A DNA stretch of 60,217 nucleotides, taken from contig JASCQW010000027.1 of assembly GCA_030264375.1 (NCBI GenBank), positions 58,276,829-58,337,045 of the forward strand, read 5' to 3'. Both the position numbers and the translations under genes were made by a program. Under the pieces are notes generated by a model. That model did not search any database. It saw only the letters and a list, made by a program, of their open reading frames with translations, and was not told where the DNA came from. The stretch is from Carcharhinus longimanus (Eukaryota). This document shows positions 1-12,344 of the stretch, in pieces; within the stretch, counting starts at the first letter, position 1, and every line of letters starts with the position of its first letter.

Positions 1-78
1 CCTAGTAGGTAGAGATATGATCGGCGCAACTTGTGGGCAGAAGGGCCTGTTTGTGCTGTAGTTTTTCTATGTTCTATG
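1..78 (+). mobile_element. CR1 LINE 3' tail
   Basis: Sequence '...gaagggcctgtttgtgctgta...ttctatgttctatg', the CR1 3' end with a short tandem tail. Recurs at 13265-13328 and 53720-53776. Confidence 0.8.
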
Positions 79-716
79 TGCCTTGAAATCCAAAAAGAAT
101 GGAAGGATATCAGAGGTACAGAAAAGCAGACACTTACAATTTAAATATAAAACAATCAAGGAAAATGTAAGGCACAGAAGGAGTAATAATAACACAAATT
201 AAAATACTTTGAATAGAAATTGTGAAAAGAAAGGAGATTAAAGGAGATTGCTGAAGATAGCGTACATTTAAATTATTCAACTTTGCCGTAAACATATATT
301 TTACCGATCTAACAATAATAGTTATTCTCAACATCTTAGCAGCACTATTATTTTCATACCAAGTTCGATTTTCAGCATCAATATATGTGAACTGAAGACT
401 TATGTTTGGAAAAAGCTGGTCTACGTCTACCCTTAGGATTATTTTTCTAGTTCTATTGTTATGGTTAGAATTTTAAAGCAAGGGCAAAGCCAATGGTGTG
501 GCAGTTCTGGTCAGTGATGTTTATTCCACCTATAGCAATCTACAACAAATAATTCTCTCCTTTAATAATATAGGAACATCATGGTACCTGTAAAAAGTAT
601 GAAAGAATGTCATGTGCAATTCTTAACTGAAGTGTTTGGTAGCTTGTTTCCATTACATTAAACACATGAAATATGAACTCCATTGGTCACTGACGTACTC
701 ATTTCAGGCATCTTAC

Positions 717-810
717 CTTGTTTTAGAGCAAGATTTTTCAATGGCTCTCGAAGGTAATACTTTGGTAAAGGGTAAGAGGAAAATAGCGGCCAACGATATG
801 GGTCATTTCC
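717..810 (-). CDS. TBC1D32: TBC1D32 internal exon 9 (94 bp, phase 0-1)
   Basis: cttctttccag|GGA ... G|gtaaga. Encodes GNDPYRWPLFSSYPLPKYYLREPLKNLALKQ, matching recalled 'NPYPWPMFSSYPLP.CYL'. Confidence 0.92.
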
Positions 811-2651
811 CTGGAAAGAAGAGTGCAGTATGAAATTGTAAGAACAGGTGTAAAGTAATGATTCTGCACATTACAAAGCATAGCTTATATATTTATTGAT
901 ATTTTAAAACAGTATCATTGGTCTTTGATGTTTTCAGGGTTCACTACTTTCTCACTGAAAATAGCGTATCATGATGCAATGCCACTAAATTGTAAAACAA
1001 AATGGAATGATAGATATCCTTTTCTTTCTCCATGAATGCAAAAGCTAACATAGTTATCCATGCAGGCACCATTCTTAGATCGCACTGATGTCTATGCATA
1101 AGATGTTGAAGCCTCAAGGGAAAATAACTACTGTAATTTCAGCAAGATTACTAATATTTCTCTATGACAGTAATTTCCTTGTCCTTTGTATAAAGTTGAC
1201 AGTTAATAGAAGCATGTAGAATACAAAGGAAACACTGCAGCAAATACTACAACCTGAGCATACTGATGAGCATCACCACCAAATGGGACTTAGTTTGTCT
1301 GAAAAATAAACTAGAAGAACAACTGCCACAGAAAGATTATAAACCACATCTATCATGAACTGTGCACAGCTCAAATTATTTAATATTTTAAAATCCAGAT
1401 TCTGCAGTGATGATGTACGTTTTATTAAAAGTGCAAATTCCAATAATTATGCATTGTCATAATTGATCATTAGATCATTTGAAGAGTACAATACAATTTC
1501 TGTAATAAATTAAAAAAACATACTCACATGGATCTTCAAACAATACTAACTCAATTCTTGTTCCTACAATTTCTCAAGCTGAAAATTCATCACTATGATT
1601 GCAATCAGAAAGCTATAAAAGGGCCTTAGTGAGAAAAGACTTTGCTATGGCTGTTACATCATATCAATAGAAGTTTGAGAACATTAAGTTCAAAGTAAAA
1701 TTAATTCTTCAAAATCTTTGAATTGCTTATTCAATGAAATGGGTATTTAACAAAGTTTGTAATAAATATCATGAAAAAAATTATTAGGGAAAATTAAAGC
1801 CACCTGGAAAATATTTTAGCTAATTTATTAACAAGACAAGGAGAAAGGGTATTTCAGTGGCAATGATCTGTTCGAACACTGTCTTCTCAGTTTGAAGAAA
1901 TCCTGTAACAGTTCTCTCTGATGTTGTTAAAGATTCTAAGTTAAATGAACGTGGACAGTTTTAATCAGATTCCCAGTGAATAGAAATTTGTAACTCATCG
2001 TCTCCCCAATGAGGCACTTGCTAGCATTAATTCGACAATACTGCTTGATAAGGCAAGATGTTAATAAATTCATGACCTAACTGTAATCCATGATTAATGA
2101 AGTTGTGCGTGGGCTGTGTCAGCCTGCTCGTGAGCTGAATATTTCTTCATTCAATAGTTCTCCAATGGATAATCTACTTTTAATACTAAAATGACGACAA
2201 AAAATACTTATTTTTTAAAAAAATTGGCAATGATCGCAAAAATATATTTCCTTCTTATGTTGACCTGTCTTGATATTTTTAAAACAACTAAGCTATTTTA
2301 GAGATCATGCATTGTCGTAAATGTGGAAATACAGTGACCTACTGAGGTGACAGTTTCACTCTTCTGAAGGAGTTGGATGTTTCAAAACAGAAGTGGTTCA
2401 GTGGTTTTTATGGTGATGCCTTTTCTAGTGCCAGGCCATTTTCTTCCCCATTTCACAACTTGGCACAGTGTTGTGCATATCTAATTCATATGTTTTGGAA
2501 TATAATTTCTAATATTAGTAATTAAACTTTTCACAAGACATAAATGGGTAAGAAACTGATAGGCAACGCCAAAGCAAATGCAATTCAAACAAGTTTGGAG
2601 TCAATTACAGTTAAATACAAATCTACGTTTATCTTACCAGGTCATGGGCAG

Positions 2652-3453
2652 TGTTGCAAAAGCAATAAACTAGAGGGGGTCTGCTATCTTCGCATAATAG
2701 AAGATCTAGCCCTGCTTCAGGAGAAGACTTAAATTATGCATGTAGCTCCCAGATCAAAATAAGGTAAAGTAGGTTGTAAACGAGAGGGTTCCTTAACAGG
2801 GCCAATAATTCTGGGACGGGGGGTTGTAAAACTCTATTAGCGATATAAATTATTCATGTGGGTTACAGAATCAGATAGCACGGAAGGAAAATGATTTGTT
2901 TACTTTAATGTTTGAGAACATCCAAGAGCATGCCATGTCATCAGGGAGACGAGATGTTAAGAGTGGAAGGTTCCTTTGTTTAATTTAACTGTGTGCATTT
3001 GCTGACAGAAGCAGATAGTGCAGTTTGGGTTTCATAAGTGAAAAGTAGCTGGAAGTTCATTCTAGCTTGCAGCTAGTGAGAGAAATTTACAATGAACTTC
3101 ACAGAGCCTTCTGGCAGAAAGCAGGCAGCTTGAATTGTCAGCTTAGAAAAAGCTATATAGAATTTATGAGAGCAGGTTGGGGAAAATACAGTTTATGTAT
3201 GTCCAAAGATCGGACAGGACCTGAAAACTTGTGTCTTCAAAGAAAATTTCAAGCTAACAAGAACTAGAATTTAAGTCCTATAATTTATCGTGCTAAATTG
3301 GCAGTGTTTGTTTTGTTCAGTTTCTCTCTGTCTATATATACAATAAAGTTTGTTTTTGTTAACAAACATGAAACTTTGCGGCATAGTTCTATTGGTTAAT
3401 CACGGGTTGCTCAATATCTTCAAATATTTGTGATACTTCACAGGATTGTAACA
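2652..3453 (+). mobile_element. Possible solo LTR (~800 bp)
   Basis: Termini TGTTGCAA...TTGTAACA (inverted, 1 mismatch) and an internal AATAAA near 3342. No clean TSD. Confidence 0.35.
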
Positions 3454-4059
3454 GTGGTGCAAGTTGGAACTCTTAAATTCTGAGTTACAGGCCCCACTAC
3501 CATAATGATTACACTATCACGTTCCACACATAACTTGGGTGGCTAGGCCAAGAGTCAGTCCTTGTTGAAAATCATGTGAGCTGTGATTTTCATTTAAGAT
3601 GTTTTGTGAAATAACATCAGACGTACCTGTATGTGACCAACCCTGTTCCTATACAAAATTATAGAAAGGCTTGCTCTGCCCTCCAGCTATCCACTCATCC
3701 CCAGAAGGCTTCTCCTCAAAAACAAAATTATTCAATCATTTTTATATCTGACTAGTCTTAAGAGTTCGCTGAGTGTATTCAGGATATTCTATGGAATAAT
3801 TCTGATAACGTTAACTAAAGTGGATAATATTTTTTCTATAGACTGGATGTTCCACACACTGCTGGCGACTGACCAAATAACACCGGAGAAAAGAGATTAA
3901 TAATTCCCTCCATGATTACAAGTTTGCTATATGAACATTAGAATGAGCAAGCTATAGCAGTCTATTGAGAGTGATCACCCATGTAGACAGCAGTTAGCCA
4001 TATGACATGGTATACCTTGTTTTACAAAATGCTTTTCACAAGAAAGGTTATTAAATTAA

Positions 4060-4612
4060 GCTCCACTCCTGAAGTATTGTGTACAGTTTTAGTGTTGTTA
4101 TCTGAGGAAGGATGCTCTTGCTATAGAGGGACTGCAGCAAAGCTTTACCAAACTGATTCCTGGGATGACAGACCTGTCATATGAGGAGAGATTAAGTCTG
4201 TTAGGATGATATTCATCTGAGTTCAGAAGAGTGAGAGGGGACCTCATAGAAACTTATAACATTCTAACTGGATTAGACAGGGTAGATTCAGAAAGAATGT
4301 TCCCAATGGTGGAGGAGTCCAAAACTAAAAGTTATAATTTGTGAATAAGGCATGAACCTTTTAGGGCTGAGGTGAGGAGAAATTTCTTCATCTTTTATGG
4401 AATTCACTACCACAGAAAATAGTTGAGGCTAAAACATCGGGAGATTTCAAGAAAGAATTAGATATAGCTCTTGGAACTAAAGGGGATCAAATCCTATTGG
4501 AGGGCTGGGATCAGGGTATTGAAATTGATGATCAGCCATGATCAAAATAATTGCCGGTGCAGGCTCGAAGAACCAAGTGGCTGCTTTCTGCTTCTATTTT
4601 CTATATATGTAT
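4060..4612 (+). mobile_element. CR1 LINE 3' fragment (RT C-terminus plus 3' UTR)
   Basis: Degenerate 'LEYCVQFW..YLRKD.LA.E..Q.RFT.LIPGM...YEERL..LG..SLEFRR.RGDLIETY' pattern followed by a CR1 tail. Confidence 0.85.
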
Positions 4613-4880
4613 GTTGTGGGGTTCATGGGGTCAACCCCAGGAATGGATAAGAAACTGTTGAAGAGTAAAAAAAGGGATGAAATTTATCTACAACAGAAAA
4701 ACAAAACGAACAATAACAAATTGTCAGCCCGTTAACATCCCACACAATTTTCTTTTCCAATAACTTTTATTGGTGTCAGAAGTGGTTCAGTGCAGACTTA
4801 ATATGATGAATTATGAGGACACTGTGCATGAACCCAGCGATTTTAAAAAAAAATTCTTTCATGGAACGTGGCATCGCTAA

Positions 4881-7034
4881 TGTCATGACAATGGATGATA
4901 GCCTCAAATTACTTATGACATGTTGAACTTTTAGAGAAGACATATGTTTTCAAAGGAGGGACATACAAGTTTAAGACTGTAAAGTAACCATTTGCTGGAA
5001 CATTCCAATATGGATTGAACTTGATGAACTAGACCAGAGAAAATGAATGTCATGCCTTCTTAAAGATAGATTAACTTCAAAGCAAGGCATTACGGGGTCT
5101 AAAGTTAAGGAGAGGGTACAGGTAAGGGAAGAGGCCGAGGATGTCCCAATAATAAAGGGAGTAGNNNNNNNNNNNNNNNNNNNNNNNNNNNNNNNNNNNN
5201 NNNNNNNNNNNNNNNNNNNNNNNNNNNNNNNNNNNNNNNNNNNNNNNNNNNNNNNNNNNNNNNNGGAATGTGGAACTGAGCCACGACAGATCAACCATGA
5301 TCTTATTGAATGGCAGGGCAGGCTCGAAGGGCTAGATGGCCTACTCCTGCTCCTATTTATGTTCTTATGCAATGCAAAAACTAAACTGTAATCTCCTGCA
5401 GAGATAATGGAGGCAGAATGCCATCTCAGCATAAATCATCTGTGAGAAGTATCCCAGAGTGAGGTTATGAGTTGAAAGAAAGCAGTTCAGGGTTTTCAGC
5501 TTCCAGGAATACACAAGGAAAGAGGTTAACAGCTGAAAGAGTTATAATCACTGAATACAGTGGGGTTTCCCTTGAAATAAGTGCAGCATAATTCCAAAGG
5601 AAGCAGCTGTGAAGATATTTTAATGCGTTTCCCACACTTCAGATGGGCAGCACAAACAAGCTGACCAAGGGACAAGAGCATGAGAACTCTGATAAGCACA
5701 AGGTGGTAGGCATATCAGCAGGTGTGGATGTTTGGATGGTTAACCATGTAGGTATACCTCGTAATTAGTTAAACATTATATCTAGACAAGCATATAGAGG
5801 TTGTAACTGGTTAACTATATTCACCTGACATAAGTTAAGTAATCAGAACTATTAATAATTAGATATCAATGACTTTAGAATAAATGCATACTTGTGATTG
5901 GTGTATACAAATTATTTGTAAGATAAGGAAAGGTATAATTGTTGATGCCATATATCACTCCAAGTCCTTGTGGAAGACAGACTTCCTTTTAATGTTATGA
6001 ATAAAGGCCAGTTTAAAAGTTCGGTCCATAGAAGGTGCAAAGTGTGCACTTGCTGGACAGTGGCAGAATTCCATATCAAAAGCCAATTGCAACCATGGCA
6101 TGTGTGGTGATCTGTATTCTATTTACCTATGCTATTGTGTGCTGTGCAGGTCATAACTTAAGGATATCCAATAGGCATCACTGTGTGGGGTGGCACAGCA
6201 GTACAGTGGTTAGCACTGTTGCCTCATCGCAGCAGGGACCCAGGTTCCATTCTGGCCTCGGCTCACTGTCTGTGTGGAATTTGCACATTCTCCCCATGTC
6301 TGTGTGGGTTTCCTCCAGGTGCTCTAGTTTTCTCCCACAGTCCGAAGATGTGTGGGTTAAGTTGATTGGCTATGCTAAATTGACCCTAGTGTCAGGGGGA
6401 TTAGGGGAGTAAATATGTGGGTTTACAGATATTGGGCCTGGGTGGGATTGTAGTCAGTGCAGACTTGATGGGCCAAATGGCCTCCTTCTGCACTGTAGGG
6501 ATTCTATGAAAAGTCTCTCCCTCTCTCTCATTACTGGAAGCGAGTCAGGAATGCCACAATCAAAAGGGAATCAGGACAACCCCATTTAGCTAAACTGCTG
6601 AACTAAAATCTCTAAATTAACTGCTCAGCTGCCAAAGTCAGCACTACCAGATCACCCAACTTAATGCCAGCTACTCTTCATAGACAACCCAAAGACCAAT
6701 TACTTTAAATTTTATTTTTGGACATGCTTCTCATTTCTAATCTGTGTGAATGTTGTTGCATTTCATTATTTTCTTCTTGTGTTTTAGTAACCAATAAACT
6801 CATTTTTCTTTAACTCAAGAAAGCCTGGTGAAATTGGCCCATTTTAAGACATAAGTACATTTAGACTGGAAAAGATATCCTCAAAAGAAGGGATCCTTCT
6901 TAAATTAATCTTATTGCAATTAACTGAGGGGATTGAATAAAGAAAGGGGGCCAGTTCATTCCCTTCTCAAGCAGGTGTATCTTATCTGGAATCATAGCAC
7001 ATTGGGGTACCTTGCCTATGGACCTGTCGTAACA
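4881..7034 (+). mobile_element. LTR-like element with nested CR1 and HE1 insertions
   Basis: Termini TGTCATGACA...TGTCGTAACA (8/10 inverted match). It splits a reversed LINE tail ('catcgct|...|ctggcttggccagc'), with a degenerate 4-bp TSD ctaa/ctgg. Confidence 0.55.
6187..6509 (+). mobile_element. HE1-type tRNA-derived V-SINE (family A, CR1-like tail)
   Basis: A-box-like tggcacag..tggttagc, B-box-like ggttccattc, central 'ttgcacattctcccc..gtgggtttcctcc' core, tail 'gggccaaatggcctccttctgcactgtagggattctatga'. Confidence 0.9.
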
Positions 7035-7084
7035 CTGGCTTGGCCAGCACTTTTATTACCCATCCCTAATTACAAAATGTGCAC

Positions 7085-7745
7085 AAGAGGTGTATTCAAG
7101 TAGTCAGGTCAGAATGACTGTCCTTGATACCAATGCAGCATTTGGCCAATTGTAGTATCAATAAGTTCATGTGAAATTAAAGTCAATGGGAATCAGTGGG
7201 AAAACGTCCATCCGTTGGAGTCATACGTTGTACAAAGAAAGATGGTTGTGGTTTTTTGAGGCCTATCATAAGTTTATGGCACAGATTGGCTCAATGTTTC
7301 TGTGCCAGGCATCATCTCAGCCCCAAAATATTGCTGCACAAGTTCTTCAGGATAGCACCCTATAGGTTCAGCCACCTTCAGTTACTTCATCAACAACCTT
7401 CTCTCCATTACAAGGTCAGAAGTGGGAATGTTTGCTGATGAAGGAACAGTGGTCAGTACTATGTACGATATCTCAGATACTGAAACAATCCATGTCTATG
7501 TGGAGAAGAAGTGGATAACATTTAGGCTTGAGCTGATAAATGACAGGTAACACACAGATGTTGGGCAATGACTGTCTCCAACAAGAGAATCTCTTTCCCC
7601 TTGACATTCATCGGTATTAACTTCATGGAGTTCCCCACCATCAACATCCTGAATATTATCGCTGACCAAAAACTAAACTGGACAAGCCGTTCAATGATGA
7701 CAAGAACAAGTCAGAGGCTGGTATTTCTGCAGCTTTCACATGACA
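7085..7745 (+). mobile_element. Degenerate LINE reverse-transcriptase fragment (L2/CR1 group)
   Basis: Broken reading 'KLKSMGISGK...SEVGMFAD...QA.ADK.QV...MTVSNKR...PTINIL....DQKLNWTS'. Confidence 0.75.
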
Positions 7746-7919
7746 ATGTGCAGAGGGGTGCACATGCTTCATGGTCCAGGGCTGTTGTATTGAATTGAAA
7801 GTGGTGAAATGGGAGCCATTTGCGACCTTGTCAATCTTTTATTAGTCTGCTAACCTGCCAGGTGACTTTCGGTCAAAAGCTGCCGATGATAAGGTCACTA
7901 TTTTTAAACATTAGATATC

Positions 7920-9174
7920 CATTTATTTATGTCACAAATAGGCTTACATTCATAGCAATGAAATTACTATGAATATCCCCTAGTCACCACACTCAGGTGC
8001 CTGTTAGGAGACACTGGGGGAGAACTTGGCATGGCCAATGTATCTAACCATCATATCTTTCAGACTGAGAGAGGAATCAGGAGCAAATTATATATATTTG
8101 TAACATGTATAAATGATTTGGAGGAAAATGTAACTGGATTGATTAGTAAGTTTGGGGATGACATAAAGGCTGGTGGATTTGCGGATAGCGATGAGGACCA
8201 TCAGAGGATACAACAGGATATAGATCAGTTGGAGACTTGGGCGGAGAGATCGCTGATGGAGTTTAATCTGGACAAATGTGAGGTAATGCATTTTGGAATG
8301 TCTAGTAGAGATAGGAAATATACAGTAAATGGCAGAACCCTTAAGAGATAGGCAAAAGGATCTGGGTGTACAGGTACACAGGTCACTGAAAGTGGCAATG
8401 CAGGTGGAGAAGGTAGTCAAGAANNNNNNNNNNNNNNNNNNNNNNNNNNNNNNNNNNNNNNNNNNNNNNNNNNNNNNNNNNNNNNNNNNNNNNNNNNNNN
8501 NNNNNNNNNNNNNNNNNNNNNNNAATATAGTGTTCAATTCTGGTCGCCACACTACCAGAAGGATGTGGAGGCTTTGGAGAGGGTACAGAAAAGATTTACC
8601 CGGATGTTGCCTGGTATGGAGGGCATTAGCTCTGAGGAGAGGTTGGAGAAACTTGGTTTGTTCTCACTGGAATGATGGAGGTTGAGGGGAGACCTGATAA
8701 AAGTCTACAAGATTATGAAAGGCATGGACAGAGTGCATAGTCAGAAGCTTTTTCCCAGGGTCGAAGAGTCAATTACTAAGGAGCATAGGTTGAAGGTATG
8801 AGGGGCAAGGTTTAAAACAGATGTATGAGGCACATTTTTTACAGAGAGAGTAGTGGGTGTCTCATTGCCAGGGGAGGTAGTGGAAGAGGATACGTAGTGA
8901 CTTTTAAGGGGCGTCTTGACAAGTTCATGAAAGGATGGGAATAGAGGGATATAGGCCCCAGAAGGATAGGGAGTTTTAGTTAAGTTGGGCAGCATGGTCG
9001 GTGCGGGCTTGGAGGGTAAAGGGCCTGTTCCTGTGTCGTAATTTTCTTTGTTCACCCAGAGAAAACCCACACAAACATGGGGAGAACATGCAGACTTCGC
9101 ACAGACAGCGACCTAAGCTGGGAAATGAACCAGGGTCTATGGCACTGTGATGCAGCAGCGCTAACTACTGTGCT
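7920..9174 (-). mobile_element. V-SINE family B, split by a CR1 insertion (pieces 7920-8085 and 9053-9174)
   Basis: The two halves rejoin as '...ggagca|cccagagaaaacccac...'. Same tail as the copy at 18528-18833. Confidence 0.8.
8086..9053 (+). mobile_element. CR1 LINE 3' portion (RT plus tail, with an assembly gap)
   Basis: Translates as 'INDLEENVTGLISKFGDDIK...IQQDIDQLETWAER..MEFNLDKCEVMHFG' and ends in a CR1 tail 'gggcctgttcctgtg...ttctttgttc'. Confidence 0.92.
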
Positions 9175-9304
9175 GGAAAATTAATCGAGTAAGAAGCTGT
9201 AACTTAAATGCCAATGTATTTGTCAACTCTCTGTACACCCAATCTGCATCACACAGTGCAATTGTAGATTAGTGGCACCATGTTTAGATATGTGTAGACA
9301 TGTG

Positions 9305-9833
9305 TACTAGAAGTCCCATGGGTGCCAACTGATGCTGCTCTTTAAAAGTGTGGACCATGACTTGGCACCTGGTGTTGTGAGACTTCTTACTGGAAGGGGT
9401 GGGGCAGGGAAGTTATGGACTGACACTAACTTAAGTTATGTTAGATATGTGCAGCAAATGTTCCAAAACCAGGAAATTAGCTCAAGTATATTAACTGTGA
9501 TGTAAACTAAAGGATTGTGGGCTGGGTCTGCTAGCCACAGCAGGGAATCCCAATGGCCAATTGAATCTGGCACAATTTAATACTGCCCTGCCCTGAACAG
9601 GTTCCTACATCCCCTACCTACAATACATGTTTGTCTATTTGCATTTAATTGGTGGGCTGCAAGCCCAATTTAGCCGCCTACTGCGATGTTTCCCCTTCCC
9701 CTACTAGAAGTCCCATGGGTGCCAATTGGTACTGCTCTTTAAAAGTGTGAACCATGACCTGGCACCTGGTGTTGTGAGACTTCTTACTGGAAGGGGTGGG
9801 ACAGGGAAGTTCTGGACTGACATTAACTTAAGT
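9305..9833 (+). repeat. 132-bp direct repeat (9305-9436 and 9702-9833)
   Basis: Ungapped copies 'tactagaagtcccatggg...aacttaagt' with 8 mismatches by manual count. Confidence 0.95.
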
Positions 9834-11230
9834 CACAGTTCCTACACTGGCTGGCCCGTTCTAAGGAATCTGGACACTCAACAGTAAGATGGTAGTGTTA
9901 TCTTCAAGCCTGAGCATCCTACGGGCTTACCTGTTTGCCTCTGATAGCGCTTGTGCCGTCTCACATTCCTGCTAACATTAAACCTCCTATCAATGGTCCA
10001 TCATCATTAATAATGCAGCAATGTCTTCATCCACAACCTCCAAGTTGGGCTCAGGGGAAGAGGCAGTTGTCGGCATGGTCTGAGGCTTGTAGTCCACACG
10101 TACTTAGGTCTCGTCTCGTGCCTCATACAATGGACCGCATGGCAGCACTGATGGATGTAGGATGCATGGGGCCGCAGAGTGGCATCCATTTTAACCAGAA
10201 AATGAGCTGCCCCACTGCTGAGAAGGCGATGGGAGGGCTGCCCCTGGTTGACAGGTCATTGACAACAATAAGGGACGCTGGGCATTATCAAGACTGTGCA
10301 AGTTAGACAATAAGAGTGGCAGCCCCTCAAGGTTATGGTAAGAAATAGGAGTAATGAAGGTTGGGCTGGCTTCATATGCAGGACGACAAGGGGAATAGGG
10401 AGGAACTAAGGGTCCAGGCCTGAGTGGCCTAGCTAACTCCCCCTCCTTCTGCTCACAGAATTTCCATGAATCTTGCAATTCAGCCAGGCCAGGAGGCAAA
10501 ATTCCTCATCACTGCTATTGAGGCAGAAAGGAAGCATCAAGAGGGTTCTGGGGCTTATGCTGGTTTCTGGAGTACTGGATGATTGTAAGGCGACATGAGG
10601 CAGGGGGTTAACAGTCAGGGCTGGGAATGCTCCCGGGCCAGACAAGTGTGCACTCCGCCTTGTAACTCTAAGGAGATTTAGCTCCCCCTGACACTTTAAG
10701 TCAGTTCTCCTGGTCAGGCTGCTGGCGCTTACTGCCTCCCCGACCGCATCCAAGGCTGGGTTGACGGTACTGCCTGGAGATTTTTTGCCCACATATAGAA
10801 GAATGTGACCCTCCTCTCCTCCACTGCAATTGTGCATCCGGTCTAGGTCTGAGTCTAGGAACCTCGGAGCTGCCTTCCCTCTAGCCATCTTCTTGCCTGC
10901 AGTGGCAGGCAGTGCTATGGAGAGCATACAAGCTCGTGCACATCATGGCTCACAGCTGATTCTCAACTCCAGCAAATCAGGTGTCTGGGGAATCAGGAAA
11001 TCAGTGTGGTTTCCACCAGAGAAACGCTGACCCATGTGCACGTGCTGAATTAGACCACTTCAGCACTGCAAGTGCCAGCAGGAAACGCTCCAATTTCCCA
11101 AATGCTGCAGTACTTAGCTTTTTTCTGGAGAATCGCAGCCAACAGCAGTGCCATTCAGCTATGCATTGGGCAAAAAACACAATTGGAAATCCTGGGTGGA
11201 AACAGACACCCAGTGTAACAAATTTTCACT
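9520..11230 (-). mobile_element. PIF/Harbinger transposon remnant with Myb/SANT-like ORF fragment (~10640-10890)
   Basis: ORF 10433..10927 reads 'MARGKAAPRFLDSDLDR...ALDAVGEAVSASSLTRRTDLKCQGELNLLRVTR', resembling the Harbinger Myb/trihelix protein ('APRF.D..L..L...W..VA..VS....RRT..QCRK..NDL'). Boundaries are approximate. Confidence 0.65.
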
Positions 11231-12344
11231 TAAGTTTCAAGTTGGTCACATCTTTCATGCTTGTCCTCCTGGGAAACTAAAGTAAGAAAATCAGCTCTAA
11301 AATGCTTTTGAAGAAGTGAAAGGAGCACAAATTTCACTGTCCAATGAACAGAAAGAAAATCACAAGTGTAGTGATCCAGCATCACACTGCATGAGGAAAG
11401 GTGGTTATTTTCTCTGGAGGATTTTGAAACAAGGGTGAGAAAAAGCTTTTTTTTCACTTTATAGATCCTGCACTAATACACTAATTCCATGGCAAAAGCA
11501 TCAGTCTGGTTTTGACTGTCCTAAATGTTTCTAACTCCACCATTCTGCCTGACAATTTATTTGATGCATTTATCACTTTCAGAAAAGATATTCTTCATAA
11601 TACTGATTCTTTTTAGACTGTTTTAAACATGTTGCTTCCTATTCTATTCTTTCAAAATTATGTTCTTGATTTCACCTTGACTACCTGATTATTTAATATA
11701 GCTTTTTGACAAGTCTTCTTAGTATGTACACCTCAAGTTTATTAATCATTCAAGAATCATCAGCAAAAGTGAAAAGGATTAGATGATTCATACAGGAGAT
11801 TATCGAAATGGAGAAGGTGAAGTCGTTGAAACCTAATTAGTTGATATGAAAAGGGTCAGGAGATATACCATGAATTGACAGCCATGAGCATAGCTTAGAG
11901 AAAGTAAGAATGACTTCAGTGTGATAAAGTAGTTAGAGCTATTTATTCAGATTAATCTTCAAACTTGTTAACAACTGAGATGATAGGAGCAGCAGTACAA
12001 AATAGCTGAAAGTTGGAAATCCAATGCTCTGGTAATTGCAGTGAAAGCAGCTAATGAAAGTAGAATGATAAGTCAAAGTGGTATGGACCAGAGAATCACA
12101 GAAGTTTGCAGTTCGGAAGGAAGTCATTTGGTCCATTATGCGTACCAGCTCCAGAGAAATTCAAAACCAATTCTGCATGCTTCCTCGAGCTCTAAGATAG
12201 CAGCTAACAGGGAGGCAAACCTGCATAGTAAGTCCATAGGTTCACATTACATGAAGGATAAGAAACATTAGACAGAAAGCTCATGGAAGGTTATGATTGT
12301 CCTTTGCAATTACGATTGTCCTCTGCAATTATGGTTGCCATCTT

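Noticed and set aside
134-600. Possible next TBC1D32 exon (acceptor-like sites near 530 and 588; ORF 134..334)
   Set aside because: Phase-1 readings hit stops quickly and do not resemble the expected downstream TBC1D32 sequence. The next exon is probably outside the window.
1262-1290. CTGATGAG motifs (here and at ~19044) as additional hammerheads
   Set aside because: There is no properly spaced GAAA box or complementary stems.
6187-6260. tRNA genes at SINE heads
   Set aside because: A and B boxes are present, but they continue into SINE cores and tails and lack a proper cloverleaf.
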